Positions 61,101 to 64,000 of a stretch of 64,000 bases of DNA are shown piece after piece. The notes below the pieces were generated by a model, which was not told the origin of the DNA, did no database searches, and saw only the letters and a list, made by a program, of their open reading frames with translations. The DNA comes from a virus: positions 83,377-147,376 of the IMG/VR virus record IMGVR_UViG_3300029319_000005. The stretch is one strand, 5' to 3'. The translations under genes were made by a program, and so were the position numbers. Each line of letters begins with the position of its first letter. Position 1 is the first letter of the stretch.

Positions 61101-61423
61101 ATGTCTTGCGGTATCACCGTTTCTTCAATAGTGTCTGCTATCATACCCTTAAGTTCAGGACCGTACCTATTTCGGAATTTTTTTCCTGGCATCATCAGTG
61201 CATATGTAGCCACGATTTCCTCTAATTCTTCAAGCTCTTCCGAGGCACCTGTCCAACCGTCACGCGCATTCTTCGCATTGTCGTAGTTTTCCTTAGCTAT
61301 TTGAAGCATGTCGTAGGCCCAGGCGTTAAGAATCTTATCCCCAGCCGAGCCCCTTAGATTTTGCATTGCATCTGCCGAGGAAACCTCGACTAAAAAATTT
61401 TTCCACTTTTCTTGAAAGTTCAC
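58115..61423 (-). CDS. leader-tagged multi-domain protein: GTxWC domain, NP/HPN helical repeats, WYL domain, kinase-like domain
   Basis: GKGTEWCTA; NPxTP repeats; RAIEP..WRMFRVDRI; LGAGAYGVV..ALK..DVHAGN..VFD. Confidence 0.75.
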   Translation of the reverse strand: MNFQEKWKNFLVEVSSADAMQNLRGSAGDKILNAWAYDMLQIAKENYDNAKNARDGWTGASEELEELEEIVATYALMMPGKKFRNRYGPELKGMIADTIEETVIPQDITDNQKGAAILWIVRLLRKNVKVKTTMAQAVSSLRDHIVSTEASHVLDTALLDIDASDMTNYLFSVNRSLEMFFQYSDFMGTKDLNRIQSPDQLLDITDKAWPDIKAYQEKQKFLDAAEGTEVFRDDDEWYIAAIHNKGAACELGKGTEWCTAAPGLDYFAQYYKPGDPLFVFVPKDDPENKFQFHYGTEQFMDRRDYEIPDEKIVQLHQLLSKTKARQKYKIISTYDEVLLARDPNISEEEATRIYKDGNPERLRDLFANPGTPPSLLTKAEETMGVTSGDKKRRVRGDGGMAQFVVTGALIKNPSTPTETVVRILDKFNLKKNPNVRKLTSNLMYISLLKHPNMPLDIVKKIFFGKSDYNIDFSWKAREEILKHPNLDEAFLNDIVERMSALGHDEIADLKQIMAHPNSSPQIIDKIVSMPARFSEKPLPSGRRAKLSPAPAEGEDVALAVIENPKTSPKTLMKVYKIQKELLDAAWERAGMTDGNWETNKREKLLKKIESSPNFPKKENFHKKWKKKLKEQTTLLGLSNKYNNLGQAINDKRVVIIFYEGDNTVSRGARAIEPVVLGTHYQSGNPVVRAWQVQGASDTPDNLPGWRMFRVDRIARLRMTDNTFDTPRPQYDPNDDHIASQDATAQFGASLQETKNSRLKLAIYEQKVVKQFKKWKKFVKEQRSRKEKDLQVYSALKKLAKAKEQERFSTEKEKAYAQRALEKGNETYIHNIHEIFDNVMMARIPDYFDIDIGKLKVAKYPDEFRKKNLSVFTDVVNEIPNDNPLKSNKIVDLLGAGAYGVVFELDNGHALKLFSGGIRGAEEELEWYEEMKSDQFTGASRRGELAVFGSGNLETSNFDVAWAEIGQVVPLKMWARQKGASPLIAAAHFDDVHTLLQNLAFQYNPNVHPDDRDIEPIKENPNSKDKIQYVKYLLEIIHKSNVGLPKESEHGYGTATLAKMLKEVLEIALKKGDHLVFDEETADVHAGNIGFHLADDQPVVFDR

Positions 61424-61438
61424 GTTTTATCTCCGGTG

Positions 61439-61747
61439 TTACTCAGACTTAGGCCAAGGTGTACCAGGCCCTTTCCAACCTTTCGCGTACATCGAACGAA
61501 AAAAGTTATCAGCTTGCTCCTGTCCAGACAAACGGTCTTTAACAAGAGGATTTGGCTTAGGCTCGCCATGCTCATCCTCGTAAGCGTCCTTCATTTTTTC
61601 CATCTCGTGGTCGCCATGTTCGTCTTCATCAAGCTCGATGCCCTCTTTATAGCTAGGATTTACGTCGGCTCCCATATTTGCAACCTCTTCGAACTTAGCT
61701 AGCTCTTCTTTGATTATCTCTACCAATCTATTTTTCTTGATTATCAT
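61439..61747 (-). CDS. leader-tagged acidic protein
   Basis: MIIKKNRLVEIIKEEL. Confidence 0.6.
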   Translation of the reverse strand: MIIKKNRLVEIIKEELAKFEEVANMGADVNPSYKEGIELDEDEHGDHEMEKMKDAYEDEHGEPKPNPLVKDRLSGQEQADNFFRSMYAKGWKGPGTPWPKSE

Positions 61748-61949
61748 CTAGTGCATTCCTTAGTGTAAGTAGTGGCTCACCGTCCACCCAATCTATTGTC
61801 GCTCTTCCTTGTTCGTATAATTCTATAGCCATCTCTAGTTGTGCTACCATGTCGAACCATGCTATCCTTCGCGCCTCCTCGCGCATTCTTTTTAACTTTA
61901 CCAAAGTGAAGTCAATTAAATTTGTTGTATCATAAGCCATTTCATTCAT
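61728..61949 (-). CDS. hypothetical protein
   Basis: CTAATTA immediately upstream. Confidence 0.5.
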   Translation of the reverse strand: MNEMAYDTTNLIDFTLVKLKRMREEARRIAWFDMVAQLEMAIELYEQGRATIDWVDGEPLLTLRNALDDNQEK

Positions 61950-61981
61950 AATAATTAGTTCCTAAAATTCTAATTACTTAC

Positions 61982-62230
61982 ATGGATATAAAGGTTGGTG
62001 ATTTAGTAAGTATAAAAAGCAAGTACCCAGGAAGAAATTTTAACATACATTATCTTCCTTGTTTAGGGGTGATTACTAAATTATTCCAAAGCGCGACACT
62101 CAAGACAGCCAAGTCAAAGCATTACTACGAAGATTACGCAGAGGTAGAGTGGATCAAATTTGAAGAGTTTAAAGGAAGGCCCGATCAAGTGCAGCCAGTC
62201 AACAACCTAATCGTAGTCTCGGAATCCTAA
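61982..62230 (+). CDS. small SH3/KOW-like phage protein
   Basis: MDIKVGDLV..GVI..VEW; CTAATTA 5 nt upstream. Confidence 0.55.
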   Translation: MDIKVGDLVSIKSKYPGRNFNIHYLPCLGVITKLFQSATLKTAKSKHYYEDYAEVEWIKFEEFKGRPDQVQPVNNLIVVSES

Positions 62231-62299
62231 ATTTTTTTTTCCCGGTATTTTTGGCGTTGCCAATTATAGGCATAGGTTTAAAATGGCAGGAATAGCCGT

Positions 62300-62533
62300 T
62301 TATTCGCCCTTGTTGGGCTTTTGACGCTCTATAGGCCATGGTTTCTCGTTCGGATCATTGCCGTTCTTTATATCGGCCATTATCTGTAGCAACTGTTTCT
62401 CTGTTTTCTCTTCAAGTAAACGGTTAGCTAGTCGATCGACGTTTGCCTTTAGCTTATCAATTTCTTTTTTTAATTTGTCTACAATCTCGGAATGGTTTTC
62501 CTGTTGTAGTTCCCCCGTATTGTTTTCTTCCAT
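62300..62533 (-). CDS. coiled-coil protein
   Basis: CTAGTTA 5 nt upstream. Confidence 0.55.
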   Translation of the reverse strand: MEENNTGELQQENHSEIVDKLKKEIDKLKANVDRLANRLLEEKTEKQLLQIMADIKNGNDPNEKPWPIERQKPNKGE

Positions 62534-62576
62534 AATAATAACTAGTGGGTATAGGGATTAAGAGCCTTTAGGGTCT

Positions 62577-62882
62577 TTATAAACCCATCTTATGGGCTGG
62601 ATGATTCCGCATGGAAGGCAACTTCAGGATATCCACCAGTATAGACTGTGCCCCTTGACTTAAAGACCACCAATCAGATCGCTTGCTAGCTAAAATGTCT
62701 CTTGCCACCTGCTGTTCTTTGGGGAGCATCTTGTTAAGCAGGTAATCGACATCTTGTTGTGCTGCTTCTTCATCGCTTAATTCGGGCGTCCCGTCTGTTC
62801 CTATATCGATGTCGAAGGTTTCGCTAAGCTTGCTTATCTCTTCTTTGATTATCTTTTTTAGTTTTGATTTGGTGAGTTTCAT
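62577..62882 (-). CDS. leader-tagged hypothetical protein
   Basis: MKLTKSKLKKIIKEEI. Confidence 0.65.
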   Translation of the reverse strand: MKLTKSKLKKIIKEEISKLSETFDIDIGTDGTPELSDEEAAQQDVDYLLNKMLPKEQQVARDILASKRSDWWSLSQGAQSILVDILKLPSMRNHPAHKMGL

Positions 62883-63235
62883 AATGATTTCTTCTGCTCA
62901 AAATAGCCCTGTTTGATACTAATTCCTAGCTCGTCGGCTAAAGCTTCTAGAGCCTGAGCCCTAACATCATACTCGGCATCTTCTAGGTCTTCTACAGCCG
63001 CCCGGACCCAAGGTAGCTCCCCATACGACACCGCACCAGTATTATAGTAGCCCCAATCACCTTTGTAAGGGTCCCCTCTCTTTGTGCGCATGTCTATGTC
63101 TTGCTTAGCCCCTGCTAAGCTAGCGTATTGAGGGTCGTCACGGGTCATATCTCGGCCACGAACGTCTGTTATCTCTTCAACCTTAGCTAGCTCTTCTTTG
63201 ATAATTTGTCTTAGTTTTGATTTAGTTAATTTCAC
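62879..63235 (-). CDS. leader-tagged hypothetical protein
   Basis: MKLTKSKLRQIIKEEL. Confidence 0.65.
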   Translation of the reverse strand: MKLTKSKLRQIIKEELAKVEEITDVRGRDMTRDDPQYASLAGAKQDIDMRTKRGDPYKGDWGYYNTGAVSYGELPWVRAAVEDLEDAEYDVRAQALEALADELGISIKQGYFEQKKSL

Positions 63236-63474
63236 AATGATTCCTCGCGGTTGTGATATAAATAGTTAGCGAGAAGTCAAAATCTGGAAAATTTCCTGGC
63301 GATATAACGCGGGGTCTTGGTCGGCTCCTAAGTGTCCGGAATCATTGGGGATTAGATTCCGGGTAGGTAGGGGGGAGGGGGGACCTCCCACTTGGTTGTC
63401 AAGCTTTTTCTTTGTCAAGCTTTTTTATTTGCCTCACAAAGAAAGTTGCCTGTCAAGGTTAGAGCACATTCTTT

Positions 63475-63723
63475 TTAGATGCTCCCATATCGCCCGATGT
63501 AGTACATGCTTCGCGGGTCAGTGAACCAACGCATCGACGACGCAGGCGCTGTGATAACATACAAGCCGCGTCCATTGGGTACTGCTTCGAACTCGACGAA
63601 GCCGCCAAGAATCGTCCCGTCAGCCGTGTAGGTTCCGCTCTTCTCGCGAACAACCTTAGCACCATCCCGGCGCATGATTCGAACAACCCTTTTCATGTCT
63701 TTGTCGGTGCAAGTGAAAGCCAT
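63475..63723 (-). CDS. hypothetical (probable early) protein
   Basis: GAGGGG SD, sigma70-type promoter upstream, GC-rich codons. Confidence 0.6.
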   Translation of the reverse strand: MAFTCTDKDMKRVVRIMRRDGAKVVREKSGTYTADGTILGGFVEFEAVPNGRGLYVITAPASSMRWFTDPRSMYYIGRYGSI

Positions 63724-63773
63724 CTCGATTCCCCTCGTCAGAGTCAGGGCTGATTCCCTTACCTCTTGACTAC

Positions 63774-63802
63774 ATGGTATCGCAATCAGGAGGTAAGGTC
63801 AA
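63774..63802 (-). promoter_or_regulatory. sigma70-type promoter TTGACC-N17-TACCAT overlapped by a 13-bp inverted repeat
   Basis: Read directly from the sequence. Confidence 0.6.
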
Positions 63803-63805
63803 CAC

Positions 63806-64000
63806 CTAAGACAGTTTATTTTTCATGTGACTCTTGAGAGCGTTCTTCAGGTCAGTCTCAATCTGACCAACGCGCTGCTTCGAGGTGCCCAGGGAGTCAG
63901 CGACCTCATCCATGGTCAGAACGTCCTCTCCATTCAGGATGGGAAGCAGGCGACCGTTGAAGACTGCCACGTACTTGTCGTGTGCACGTCGCTGCTTCGT
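63806..64000 (-). CDS. C-terminus of a sigma70-family factor (region 4 HTH), truncated by window edge
   Basis: Hand translation ...LTMDEVADSLGTSKQRVGQIETDLKNALKSHMKNKLS*. Confidence 0.7.
   Translation of the reverse strand, partial: TKQRRAHDKYVAVFNGRLLPILNGEDVLTMDEVADSLGTSKQRVGQIETDLKNALKSHMKNKLS

Larger units (their letters stand above)
61694..63202. repeat. exact 21-bp repeat cttagctagctcttctttgat (61694-61714 = 63182-63202) encoding IKEELAK
   Basis: Direct comparison. Confidence 0.85.

Overview
This window is an AT-rich segment of a large T4-like (contractile-tail) phage genome, with nearly all genes on the minus strand. From left to right it contains: (1) a baseplate module (gp25-like wedge, a 2956-aa unknown protein, an M15-like peptidase, split gp5-like hub/spike) and a gp55-like sigma factor; (2) a ~16.5-kb nucleotide-sugar/glycosyltransferase cluster that includes NadE; (3) a PD-(D/E)XK nuclease, PhoH, proteases, a TrmH-family methylase, tRNA-Thr(UGU) and ClpP; (4) a ~25-kb island (38.5-63.2 kb) in which at least 16 otherwise unrelated proteins begin with one of two short leader motifs. 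One motif (W-x-x-F/Y-L-x-E) resembles the T4 internal-protein capsid-targeting sequence. The motifs recur inside multi-domain proteins at domain boundaries, and some copies are exact DNA repeats. The tagged cargo includes a SAM lyase, two kinases, WYL, ParB, HhH, HAD, NUDIX and nucleotidyltransferase domains. The island also holds a tmRNA, an unannotated 33-aa peptide with 10 Cys, and myxobacterial-type CglF-like and vWA/Cys-repeat genes that suggest a Myxococcota-like host. A CTAnTTA motif precedes many genes in the correct orientation and is the probable phage late promoter. GC content rises sharply after ~63.3 kb, where the end of a second sigma factor appears. All protein assignments come from motifs read by eye; no database search was run.
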